Positions 18,139 through 26,644 of a stretch of 32,000 nucleotides of DNA are shown one piece after another (positions within the stretch are counted from its first letter, which is position 1; every line of letters starts with the position of its first letter). The stretch covers positions 5,130,001 through 5,162,000 of the forward strand of contig LT962688.1 of the NCBI GenBank assembly GCA_900234795.1, given 5' to 3'. The position numbers and the translations under genes are program-made. The notes under the pieces are model-generated. The model was given only the letters and a program-made list of their open reading frames with translations, was not told the origin of the DNA and did no database searches. The DNA is from Methylorubrum extorquens (GTDB lineage Bacteria; Pseudomonadota; Alphaproteobacteria; Rhizobiales; Beijerinckiaceae).

Positions 18139-18700
18139 ATGACCCGCATGCTTCTGCTTGCGGCGCTGGCGCTCGCCTGTGTCGCGTCTACCGCCTTCGC
18201 CGCCGAGGTCGCCACGTCGGCGGCAAAGCCGTGATCCTGCCGTGGGGCGACTGGCTCGTCGCTCTGGCCGTGTCCCTGCGCGAGCCGATCCTCACCATCC
18301 TTCGGCCGATCATCACGGCCTACATCATCCGGCCATCCGCAAGGTCTATCCGTGGGCGGCCCTGTTCCTGTCGCAGCAGCGGGTGGAGATGATGCTCGAA
18401 GCGGCTGCCGGCTTCGGTCTCAATGCTGTGAACGGCGCGACCAAGGGCAAGACCCTCTCGGTCAACGTCGCAGTGCCGGTGATCGCCAAGGGCACGCAGT
18501 ACGTCATCGACACCGCTCCGCCCGCGGTCATCAAGGCGGCCGGCGGCGGCGACGGCATCGCGGCTCGGATCTTCCGCAAGCTCGACCTCTACGACCACGC
18601 CAGCGAGGCGGCCGTGCTTGTCCCGGCGCAGGAGCAGGTCGCCGCCGGCACAGTGGATACCGACGAGCTGCGCCGCATGGACGAGATGACCCGGCGCTGA
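18139..18700 (+). pseudogene. hypothetical exported protein, two frameshifts
   Basis: Signal-like MTRMLLLAALALACVASTAFA, with AGGA 8 nt upstream. It continues in a second frame (VILPWGDWLVALAVSLREPILTILRPIITAYI), then in a third (PAIRKVYPWAALFLSQQRVEMMLEAAAGFGLNAVNGATKGKTLSV...). Breaks are at about 18229-18231 and 18329-18331. Confidence 0.5.
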
Positions 18701-18832
18701 GCCTGACCCGCGGAAGCAACCCCGGCGGAGCAATGAACGTGACGTGGCGAGATCATTTGGACGGCAGGTCCCCGGGGCGGAGGGCGATGCGCCTTCCCCG
18801 GGCCTCTCAAGTCTGCGGGGGGAGCTAGGGCC

Positions 18833-19225
18833 ATGGACGAGGTCGGACCGGGCGGAATTCTATCACGCGGGTACGCACGCGCAGCAGTGGTTCCTCCGTC
18901 TGGATCAGGCGGACGTGGAGGCGGTCCAGTATGCCGTGATGCTCGGCTCATCAACAAGCCGGACGGGGAGCGGAGCGTGCAGACCGACGACAAGCCGGCC
19001 GCCTGCGGCAAGCTCGGGCGCGACAAGTACATCGCCAGCGTGCCGACGCCGCCCTTCACGCCGTTCGGCAACGCCACGATCTACAGTTACACGGTGCGAA
19101 TGTGTAACCTGTGGGAGTGGATGTTCCCGGTTCAGTACGCCGAGCCATGGCTCGACGAGTTCGAGTTCGGCCCAGAGACCCGGCGCATCTCCCCCGAGCA
19201 GGCGAAGAACTCGCCTGCGCGGTAG
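18833..19225 (+). CDS. hypothetical protein, start uncertain, probably frameshifted
   Basis: The C-terminal part LINKPDGERSVQTDDKPAACGKLGRDKYIASVPTPPFTPFGNATIYSYTVRMCNLWEWMFPVQYAEPWLDEFEFGP is protein-like. Upstream, the more protein-like reading (TRSDRAEFYHAGTHAQQWFLRLDQADVEAVQYAVMLG) is in another frame, with the break at about 18944-18948. Confidence 0.35.
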   Translation: MDEVGPGGILSRGYARAAVVPPSGSGGRGGGPVCRDARLINKPDGERSVQTDDKPAACGKLGRDKYIASVPTPPFTPFGNATIYSYTVRMCNLWEWMFPVQYAEPWLDEFEFGPETRRISPEQAKNSPAR

Positions 19226-19385
19226 CCGCGCAGCCGGTGGCGTGTGTCGCCCCTTTACTTGGCTAATTTGCTGCGCTCCTAATTTCACAGCTCCTTTGTC
19301 CGCTTTCAGACCCTTCTCACGGGCGCGTGATCCAAAACGCGGAATGCGTGTTGCCTTGCGAAGGCACCTACGCGGAGCCGTGCCC

Positions 19386-19616
19386 ATGCCTGTCTTCTTC
19401 TTCGACGTGCGATGGTCCATGGGCCTAGAGGCCGACCAGGTTGGGCTTGACCTTGCGAGTGCTGAGGTGGCTTACCTCGAAGCCTGCAAAGCCATCCCGG
19501 GTCTGACAGCCGAGCTATTAAGCGTGGGCGATAACCCACGCGATTACTCATTTGAGATCGCCGACGAGGCTGGACGCGTGCTGTGGTGCATCCCTTTCAC
19601 CGAACCGGTTCATTGA
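19386..19616 (+). CDS. DUF6894-family small protein
   Basis: MPVFFFDVRWSMGLEADQVGLDLASAEVAYLEA...YSFEIADEAGRVLWCIPF (76 aa). GGAG lies 8 nt upstream, and a terminator-like hairpin follows. Confidence 0.7.
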   Translation: MPVFFFDVRWSMGLEADQVGLDLASAEVAYLEACKAIPGLTAELLSVGDNPRDYSFEIADEAGRVLWCIPFTEPVH

Positions 19617-19653
19617 GAAATACCAGCTGGCGACACCGGGAGGCTACATTCCT

Positions 19654-19684
19654 CCCCGCTCGACTCAGCCACGGCGGGGTTTTT
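19654..19684 (+). terminator. rho-independent terminator candidate
   Basis: Stem CCCCGC(T)CG / CGGCGGGG, 9-nt loop, then TTTTT (19680-19684). It lies 38 nt after the DUF6894 stop. Confidence 0.6.
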
Positions 19685-19976
19685 CGTGCCCGAAAGACGC
19701 CGGAGGAGGTGGTGCGGGCGCCGTGCGTGGAGCGCGGGCTGCTGGCGCAATGATCGAAAGCTTAGGCCGTAACTGCTATCGACATATTTTGTTGAAAAAC
19801 TCCGGGACCGTGCGCCAAGCGTCGCCCAGCACAGGTCGCCGTAGAATATTTGTCTATTATCAGTGATGCGATGCCACGATAACCGCGTATCCTAAGCAAT
19901 TCAGGAGCAGGATCTTCTCCTAAAAACGCGGCTGGCGGTGCTGCTTCGGGCCGATCCCGAGTTTTTCAACGAAATC

Positions 19977-20045
19977 GACCCCTTGCGGACATTCGACCCG
20001 CTTCCGCCGAAGGTCCGGATGGGCTGGAAAGCGGAGAATGGCTCG
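19977..20045 (+). repeat. partial copy of the intergenic repeat family
   Basis: GACCCCTTGCGGACATTCGA...CCGAAGGTCCGGATGGGCTGGAAAGCGG matches 28168-28215 and the reverse complement of 4971-5041. Confidence 0.6.
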
Positions 20046-20257
20046 CCGCCCGCAAGCGGAGGTTCCGCCTTGCGCCCATTTCGGCCATCCAATCGATCTC
20101 GGCGGTTTCGCTGAAGTGGACGTTCGCTGGCGATCAGTCGTGCAGCGCCCGCATTCCGATCAGCTCGGCCCATCTGATCAAGCAATGCGTGGTGAAGCCG
20201 CAATAATGTAAGAGGTGTGCCAGTTCGGGCGGCCACGGCGAGATCAAGGAGAGGGCT

Positions 20258-20530
20258 ATGTCGTATCTGAACCTTGTGAGGCTCTTTATCGCTTCGGCAC
20301 TTGTCCTCGGTCTCGGAAGCGGAGCCCAGTCTGCTCCACTCAGCAATTCTCAGCTTGCGATTGAAGCGTCCGGCGTAGCTGACGGGCTGGTCATCCAGAC
20401 CCAGACTCTCGGAATGCAGCGTCGGCATGAGCGGAGGATGGACCGCCACGACAGACGGATGGACCGCCAGATCAATAGGCAGGAAAGGAGGATGGATCGG
20501 CACGATCGACGCATCGAGCGGCGATACTGA
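20258..20530 (+). CDS. small secreted protein with a basic repeat tail (RRMDRHDRR x3); paralog of 26348-26575
   Basis: Strong RBS AAGGAGAGGG. Signal peptide MSYLNLVRLFIASALVLGLGSGAQS. Core GLVIQTQTLGM, then RRHERRMDRHDRRMDRQINRQERRMDRHDRRIERRY. Confidence 0.7.
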   Translation: MSYLNLVRLFIASALVLGLGSGAQSAPLSNSQLAIEASGVADGLVIQTQTLGMQRRHERRMDRHDRRMDRQINRQERRMDRHDRRIERRY

Positions 20531-20542
20531 TCCGATCCGCTG

Positions 20543-21151
20543 ATGCCGCAGCCTCCGCCTTCACCGGCTCCGACCATCGCACCGTCGGAGCCCGCGGACC
20601 ACACCGGCGGCCGGATGCAGCGGATCGGTCGCTGGCTCCTCACAGAGGTCAAGCGGATCCTCGGCATCTTCGCCTATCTCTGGGTCGTCTTCGGGCTTCT
20701 CATCTTGCACGAGCACATCGTGCTGTCGCGCCATAGCATGGGGTATGGGTTTTATGGGCTGGCTTTCATCAATGCCTGGATCTTGGCGAAGGTCATGCTC
20801 GTGGGCGAGAGCCTGGATATCCTCCCCATCTTCCGAGGGCGACCGTTGATCTTTCCGATCCTTGTCCGATCCTTAGTATTTGCAGCACTCCTGGTATGCG
20901 CCTACGCCATCGAGGAGATGGCGCTTGGTCTCTGGCACGGAAAGACATTGGCTGGGAGCGTGCCGGCCATCGGGGGCCGGGGCGCTCGTGGGGTCGCGTC
21001 GGTCGGCCTCATCATGGCCGTGGCTCTGATCCCCTACTTTGCGTTCCGGGAACTCGGCCGGGTGCTGGGGCGAGAACGCTTGCAGACCATCCTGTTCCAG
21101 GACGGCGCAGCAATGACCCTCCCGGAACAAGAGACACCAAGTGCGCCCTGA
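20543..21151 (+). CDS. hypothetical integral membrane protein (about 4 TM helices)
   Basis: ILGIFAYLWVVFGLLIL, FYGLAFINAWILAKVML, LIFPILVRSLVFAALLVCAYAI, VASVGLIMAVALIPYFAF. An alternative start is MQRIGRW at 20615. It begins 13 nt after the preceding small gene. Confidence 0.6.
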   Translation: MPQPPPSPAPTIAPSEPADHTGGRMQRIGRWLLTEVKRILGIFAYLWVVFGLLILHEHIVLSRHSMGYGFYGLAFINAWILAKVMLVGESLDILPIFRGRPLIFPILVRSLVFAALLVCAYAIEEMALGLWHGKTLAGSVPAIGGRGARGVASVGLIMAVALIPYFAFRELGRVLGRERLQTILFQDGAAMTLPEQETPSAP

Positions 21152-21294
21152 TCGGTCGACAGGCGAAAATTATCTTTTGCAGGTAACGGACGCTGGTCGG
21201 CCTACCGCTACCACTCGCCGACTGCTAGCGCGTCGTTGGAAGCCTGTTGCCGGGGGCCCAGAAGCAGCAGCGTAAACTGAGGAGCGTGGCTGCC

Positions 21295-21797
21295 GTGGAC
21301 GACCTGTCGCATTATTCGGTCATCGAGCGCCTGCGCGATGGACGCACGCTGGAGATCCGGGCGCTCCTGCCGGGTGACCGGGTAGGTGTATTGGCGGCCA
21401 TCGATCACAGCAGCGCGCAGTCGCTCTATCGCCGCCTCTTTTTGGGGCGAAGCGCCGCTTCACCGACAAGGAGATTGTGTTCTTGCTTGAGGTGGACTTC
21501 ACTAACCACGTAGTCCTGGTCGCGACCTTAAACAAGAATGGCGCTCGCGCAATCATCGGCGGCGCTCGCTATGTCATGACCCAGCCCGACCAAGCCGAGA
21601 TGGCGTTCACTGTGGTCGACCAATATCAAGGACAGGGCATTGGCGCGGCGCTGATGCGGCACCTCATCGGCGTCGCCCTTGGGAGCGGGCTCATAATGTT
21701 GTCCGCAGAAGTCCTGCCGGACAACGGCCCTATGCTGAAGCTGTTTGAGCGATGCGGGTTGCCACTGAGCACGAGGCGTGAGGCGGAGGCGGTCCAT
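21295..21797 (+). pseudogene. GNAT-family N-acetyltransferase, one frameshift and 3' end cut by an IS fragment
   Basis: LRDGRTLEIRALLPGDRVGVLAAI...YRRLF, then a break at T5G4 (21439-21447), then AKRRFTDKEIVFLLEVDFTNHVVLVA...VVDQYQGQGIGAALMRHL...LPDNGPMLKLFERCG. Similarity ends where the IS481-type sequence begins. Confidence 0.75.
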
Positions 21798-22284
21798 GCG
21801 GATCGCAGCAGCCTTTCTACACGATCTGGTCGCCGCCGTGCCGTACACGATCCACACGGTGCTAACGGATAATGGCATCCAGTTCACCGACAATCATCCG
21901 GTGGACGAGGAGGCCGAGGCCAAGGCGGCAGCTTATTGGGCAGAGCGCGACGAGCCGCGCATCTACCGCTGGCACTCGTTCGAGTGGGCGTGCGAGCAGA
22001 CCAAGATCGAGCATCGCCTGACCAAGCCGCGCTGCCCGTGGACGAACGGTCAAGTCGAGCGGATGAACCGCACCATCAAGGACGACACGGTCAAGCGCTA
22101 TCATTACGCCAGCCACGACGAGCTGCGCCATCACCTGCAGCTGTTCGTGGATGCCTACAACTACGGCCGCCGGCTCAAGACCCTGCGCGGCCTCACGCCC
22201 TACGAGTTCATCTGCCAGATCTGGACGAAAGAACCCGAACGCTTCAGGCTCGATCCGTCACACCACATGCTGAGACAGAACATC
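21798..22284 (+). mobile_element. IS481-family element, 3' fragment (about 490 bp, diverged copy)
   Basis: Encodes RIAAAFLHDLVAAVPYTIHTVLTDNGIQF...PWTNGQVERMNRT...RFRLDPSHHMLRQNI. It matches the C-terminal half of the 16536-17666 transposase with a few substitutions. It ends ...AGAACATC at 22284, with the stop TAA supplied by the flank. Confidence 0.8.
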
Positions 22285-22499
22285 TAATCGCGCCTGCCGT
22301 GCCAAGGCCGCTCAGTTCAGCGTGAGGTGCCGCCATCAGATTTTGCCGTGCGTCCTGTCGGATCAAGCGCCGCTCTGAACCCGACGGTACTGTCAACATC
22401 ACCGAGGTGTCGAAGCTGAATGGATTTCGGGCCTGGTCACGCTGGCTGGATTGAGCTCAGCTCATCTCGCATGTTGTCCTGCCTCCAGGAGACAATGTC

Positions 22500-22854
22500 A
22501 TGAAAACTCTCCTCATTGCATCCGCGGCCTTTGCCGCCATGATCCTGACCGGCGTGACGGCAGATGCACGCGGCGGCCGTGGCGGCGGCGGGGTCCGCGG
22601 CGGCGGCGGCTTTCATGGTGGTGGCTTCCAGGTTGGCCGAGCCGGGGGGTGTTCGCGGCGGATATCGCGGTGGGGTGGCTGGGGGGTATCGTGGCGGGTA
22701 CGGCCGCTACGGCTACCGCCCAGGAATAGGCGCCGCCGCTATCGGTGTTGGAGCGGCTGGAGCTGCCGCCTACGGTCTGAGCAATAGTGGGTCCTACAGC
22801 TGCGGCTCGCATCACTACTACGACGCAAATTCCGGCGCCTGCCAGCCTTACTGA
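22500..22854 (+). pseudogene. Gly/Tyr-rich small secreted protein, frame broken at a G6 tract
   Basis: AGGAG RBS. Signal peptide MKTLLIASAAFAAMILTGVTADA, then GGRGGGGVRGGGGFHGGGFQVGRAG. After G6 (22644-22649), the +1 frame reads GVRGGYRGGVAGGYRGGYGRYGYRPG...SCGSHHYYDANSGACQPY*. Confidence 0.65.
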
Positions 22855-22862
22855 TGAGACAC

Positions 22863-22892
22863 GAAGCGCCGGAGCGTCACGCTCGGCGCTTC
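22863..22892 (+). terminator. terminator-like GC-rich hairpin (no U-run)
   Basis: GAAGCGCCGGAGCG-TCA-CGCTCGGCGCTTC, a 13-14 bp stem with one bulge, 9 nt after the stop codon. Confidence 0.45.
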
Positions 22893-23348
22893 GGTTGCCG
22901 ACCGGTCAGAGGCGTCGTGCCCGACCAGCCCGAGCATCGAAGACGGCGTGCACGCACGCTGTTCTGCCGGCAGGCAATGAAAAACCTATTCGGCGGTCCT
23001 TGCGTGTGTGCTGGGGTGATGGGAGCCAAATACCTGCTCTCTCGCCAGCCCTGGAGGGGGGGGATGCCGCAAAGAAAAGCCCAGCAGAGAGCGGCACGCC
23101 GTCCGTCCATGTGCCGTCGGCAGGGCAACACAGGCGCTAACAGCAACCTGGACCGGAAAGGACGCCTCGTGAGCGGTTTCTATGACCCTCACGGTCCGGT
23201 TAGGATGGTTCACATGCTGACGGTTCACCCTGAAAGATCAATCAAGCCTCACTGAACCAGATCAGATCCGCTCCTCTTAGGGCATACTTTAACTGAGCCA
23301 GCACCAGCGCACGGCTCGGCCCGGCTGTGCGTTGGGGCAGCCTCGAGC

Positions 23349-23582
23349 TCAGAGACGCACAGCTGCGATCCGCGCCGAAGTCGGCAGGGGTCGTGATGCT
23401 GCAACGAGCTCGTGCTCCCCGACCTCGTGGATGCCTAGCGCGATCCCCTTGGTCCGGTAGCGGAGCTCACCTTGTTCGTCGGCAACCAGGTTGATGATCT
23501 CGTAGGTGCAACTCCGAGCTGGTGCACCGATCCGGCCAATGCGGCGCACGAGCTGGCCAGATCTGAACTGATGGTGGGACAC
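23349..23582 (-). CDS. hypothetical small protein (77 aa)
   Basis: GTG start with GGGAGG 7 nt upstream. VSHHQFRSGQLVRRIG...CTYEIINLVADEQGELRYRTKGIALGIHEVGEHEL follows a pattern I recall in small conserved alphaproteobacterial proteins; this is from memory and unverified. Confidence 0.5.
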   Translation of the reverse strand: MSHHQFRSGQLVRRIGRIGAPARSCTYEIINLVADEQGELRYRTKGIALGIHEVGEHELVAASRPLPTSARIAAVRL

Positions 23583-23847
23583 GCTCTCGCCTCCCGAACG
23601 CTGAAATGGGCACACCCTATTACCTGACCGTGGTAGAGTCCTACCTCAGTGCCGTCCCGCACCCATTACTCGGAGGGAGCTTTTTCTTTCGGCTTGCGCT
23701 GGCGTCCCCAACCCTTTGGCATCTCGGACGACGCGGCGGTGGCCTCAGGAGCCACATTCTGGAGCTGCCGGCCTAGGCCGAGCATCGCGGGACCGGGCAT
23801 GGGCGCCACTGCTGCGGAGGTGGCGGGTTCAGGATCCGGTCCCGCCG

Positions 23848-23979
23848 TGCTCGTGCTTCCGTCGGCTTCCGGCCCGTCCAGCGTCGGAAGGCATAGGAGA
23901 ACGCGCCGACCTCCTGAAACCCGAGCATCAAAGCGATGCGTGAGATCGGTGGACGCTCTCTTCTAAATCGTCGATTGAG
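23848..23979 (-). pseudogene. AraC-family regulator, C-terminal HTH remnant
   Basis: ISRIALMLGFQEVGAFSYAFRRWTGRKPTEAR parallels ISATLNFSEPAAFTHAFRRWSGMTPSAWR of the intact AraC gene at 28586-29674. No N-terminal part is present. Confidence 0.6.
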
Positions 23980-23998
23980 GCTGCAACAAAGCGAACAT

Positions 23999-24256
23999 TC
24001 AGGCATTCTTCCGTCGCTGCTTCCTCGGCTTGATCTCATCACCTCCTATTGCGGCCCGGCAAGCTGGGCTGAGCCTCTGTCTCTTGCTTAAGAGGCAAGC
24101 TTTCACTCGGCCAGCGTCGGGGATGTACTCACCGCAGAAGCTCATGGCGTCGGGCGTGCAAGCCTGTCGCTGCTCCGGGGTTCCCTGTGCAACGGCAGAG
24201 GTCGAGACTGCGAGTGCGGAGAGCCCTAGGCAGGCACAGATGGTCTTCACGTCCAT
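23999..24256 (-). CDS. secreted cysteine-rich-repeat protein
   Basis: GGAGAG RBS. Signal peptide MDVKTICACLGLSALAVSTSAVAQ. CTPDAMSFCGEYIPDAGRVKACLLSKRQRLSPAC matches the C-x-D-x-C...G-x-x-x-C-L...LS-x-x-C cysteine-rich repeat pattern. Confidence 0.7.
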   Translation of the reverse strand: MDVKTICACLGLSALAVSTSAVAQGTPEQRQACTPDAMSFCGEYIPDAGRVKACLLSKRQRLSPACRAAIGGDEIKPRKQRRKNA

Positions 24257-24390
24257 GACTCGTCTCTCCCTCGTGACGCCGATACGAGCTTAGCAGTGAA
24301 CGTGGAGAGTTGAGGCAAGAATGCTGAACCGTTCGCGAAGATTTTCACGGATATGAAATGGCCCGACTGTGTCACGAAGTACGGAACAGA

Positions 24391-24637
24391 TTGAAAGATC
24401 TGCGTTTCTTGCTTGCAGCGGCGCCGACCGTTGCGGGGGCCGTATGGCCGCTACGGCTACAGAGGTGAATACGGCCGTTACGGCGGGCGATATAGGCGCT
24501 ATGGCTACCGCGGTTATGACCTCGCCGCGGCCGGTGTCGGCGCGGCCGCCGCCTATGGAGCGCACCGCTACTACGGCGGCGGTTGTGGCGCGTACAGCTA
24601 CTACGACGCGAACTACGGTGGCTGCGTGCCCTACTGA
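24391..24637 (+). pseudogene. Gly/Tyr-rich small protein, paralog of 22500-22854; N-terminus uncertain, possibly broken at a G5 tract
   Basis: The uninterrupted ORF from TTG 24413 gives RGPYGRYGYRGEYGRYGGRYRRYGYRGYDLAAAGVGAAAAYG...YSYYDANYGGCVPY* without a signal peptide. A weak signal-like MKDLRFLLAAAPTVAGA is in another frame upstream of G5 (24435-24439). Confidence 0.5.
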
Positions 24638-24791
24638 GCGGTCGCACTATAGTCCTACGGGTGTGACCGTCCTGGCGTGACCCCGTAACAGCCTCTGTCC
24701 TCGGCGTCCTCTTCCAACCTGCCGGATGGGACGCCGGGCCGTGGCCAGAAGCGGTGCCGGAGGAATTCTGGCGTGTGCTGCGCGGCCGCTG

Positions 24792-25610
24792 TCAGTTGAG
24801 CCAGCGAAAGCCCCGCCGTATTCGTTCGCGCCCCATCCGGCCGCCCTGGAGATGGCTATGAAACAGCCTGTCCATGGCATGCGCCGCCAGACCGTACTCG
24901 TCCCTGCAGTTCTCCGCCCGTTCCTTCGGTAAGTCGCCGCGCTCGACAAGGTAGCTAAACGCGCGCTGGTCCGATCCGTAGGCCAGGCACAGCAGGTTGT
25001 AGAGGCGCTGATAAAATAGGCCGTGATCATCCGCGAAGGTGTTCTTCTCGAGCTTGTCCTCCGCGCCAAAGCTCGTGAACAGGATGGAGCTGCCGGCGAT
25101 GATCTGCCGGGCCTGCGCCGGTCTCAGGCGCAGCACAACCAGTGCAGCGAACTGGTCAGCGGCGTCCTCCTCGCGGCCGAGCACGGGCACGTCCAGCAGG
25201 TCGAACAGGGCGTGCCCGGTCTCGTGCAAGAACACCTGCGCGAGCGTGCCGAAAAGCGCGTCGTGATAGGTCACGCCGGCGGGCAAGGTGGCCCTGTATG
25301 CCCGATCGCGCACATCCTGGATGTATTCGTAGCAGACCGTGACCGAGCGGGTCTTAGGCTCATACCACGCGTTGATCTCGCCGTCGCACTCGGACAGGCG
25401 CAGGGTCAGGGTCTGCGGGAGCCGGACCATACTGACGATCTCGCGCAAGCCCTCAAGGACGCGGCGTGCCCGCATCTCCCGATAGATCTCCTGTGCCTGC
25501 GCGGTCTTCGGAACCTGGTAGGCGGTCCGGATTGGGCTGCCCGTATCGGCTCGGGAGGTGCTGATCATTAGGGTGAAGGCTAACCCGACGAGGGCAAGCG
25601 GCCGTGGCAT
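24792..25610 (-). CDS. putative secreted metallopeptidase (DUF4344-like, HExxH)
   Basis: Signal peptide MPRPLALVGLAFTLMISTSRA. Motifs CYEYI, FLHETGHALFD and GREEDAADQFAAL. GGAGG RBS. Confidence 0.8.
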   Translation of the reverse strand: MPRPLALVGLAFTLMISTSRADTGSPIRTAYQVPKTAQAQEIYREMRARRVLEGLREIVSMVRLPQTLTLRLSECDGEINAWYEPKTRSVTVCYEYIQDVRDRAYRATLPAGVTYHDALFGTLAQVFLHETGHALFDLLDVPVLGREEDAADQFAALVVLRLRPAQARQIIAGSSILFTSFGAEDKLEKNTFADDHGLFYQRLYNLLCLAYGSDQRAFSYLVERGDLPKERAENCRDEYGLAAHAMDRLFHSHLQGGRMGRERIRRGFRWLN

Positions 25611-25748
25611 CGTTCCGCCTCCAGGGGGTTCGGGGCCTCGGCAACATCGGACAGCGCGGAACAGCCCTGGCGGGACCTGCGCACCTACTCTCGGTCACCG
25701 TCCACGTCGCCTCACCAGCCTCAGAGGCGGGCGAGGCGGATCCTTTAC

Positions 25749-26268
25749 TCAGCCCTCGTCGTCGTCGTCATCGTCCATGAGCTCCTTGCGGCGGTGCTCG
25801 GCGGCGTCCCGCAACCCGCCGATGACCCGGGTGACCACCACGCGCATCCGGCTCTTCTGATCTGGAGAGAGGGTCTGGTAGAGCGGCTGCCAGGCATCCG
25901 CGAGCTTCTTGAGCCCGTTGGCGCGCTCGTCCATGATCTCGGCCCGCTCTCGGATCAGCCGGAGCGGGTCGGGGTCGGCGCGCTGGGCGGCGGCCCGTCC
26001 CTGCAGTTTGGACAGCCGGCTGTAGCGCGCCTCGGCGCGCGTGCGGATGGCCTCCTCGATGGCCGGCCAGTATTTCTGCTGGTCGGGCGTGAGTTGGAGG
26101 GCGGCCTTCACCACACCGATCCGGGCATCAGTCAGGGGCCTTGAAATCGGTCTGGGTCAGCTTCCCAGTGTCGCTGAGCGCGCCGGTGCGGGACACGTCC
26201 TCGGCCAAGGCCAACGGGCCTCCGGCGAGGACGAAGACGGCAGCCATGGCAATCAAGCGCTTCTGCAT
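25749..26268 (-). pseudogene. Spy/CpxP-family periplasmic protein (LTXXQ motifs), one frameshift
   Basis: GGGAGG RBS. Signal peptide MQKRLIAMAAVFVLAGGPLALA...TDFKA, then a break at C4 (plus-strand G4, 26135-26138). It continues LTDARIGVVKAALQLTPDQQKYW...LYQTLSPDQKSRM...DDDDDDEG*. Confidence 0.7.
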
Positions 26269-26347
26269 ATTGACCTCCCATCAGAGAAAAGATTGCTGGT
26301 GAACGACAGCGTGGCGTCAGACTTGCTGTCTGATCCAACGGACGAGG

Positions 26348-26575
26348 CTAGTAGTGATGGTATCCGTGGCGCCGGTGGACGCGCCGGGCGGTCCTGCGGG
26401 CCGACCGGTGCGCCATCCCGACCGCGGTCACGGTCTTGATGACCAAGCCACTGGACAGCTGGGCCGCATCAAGGCTGGGCTGGACATTGCCCAGGGGGCC
26501 AGTGTGCGTGCCCATGGTCTGGCCAAGCGCCATCGCTGCCTCGACACAGAAGCCGGACGAGATACGAAAAGCCAT
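26348..26575 (-). CDS. small secreted protein with Arg/His-rich tail; paralog of 20258-20530
   Basis: AAGGAGG lies 5 nt upstream of the ATG. MAFRISSGFCVEAAMALGQTMG...PLGNVQPSLDAAQLSSGLVIKTVTAVGMAHRSARRTARRVHRRHGYHHY* aligns with PLSNSQLAIEASGVADGLVIQTQTLGMQRRHERR of the paralog. Confidence 0.65.
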   Translation of the reverse strand: MAFRISSGFCVEAAMALGQTMGTHTGPLGNVQPSLDAAQLSSGLVIKTVTAVGMAHRSARRTARRVHRRHGYHHY

Positions 26576-26644
26576 GATTGCCTCCTTGGCCCAAAGCACT
26601 CTTCTGAACTCTAGCGCCCTTCGACCCGCGTTAGTCTGTCGCGT

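Noticed and set aside
23140-23200. Apparent hairpin GGACCG...CGTGAG...CTCACGGTCC downstream of the first Gly/Tyr-rich gene.
   Set aside because: The two arm blocks are 12 nt apart on one side and overlapping on the other, so a regular stem cannot form. It is probably chance complementarity.
24383-24406. An EcfG / general-stress-type promoter-like motif, GGAAC-N15-CGTT, upstream of the second Gly/Tyr-rich gene.
   Set aside because: The spacer is 15 nt, not the 16-17 nt of the consensus. The motif lies inside the only candidate N-terminal coding segment. No comparable motif was found upstream of the paralog or the other small secreted genes.
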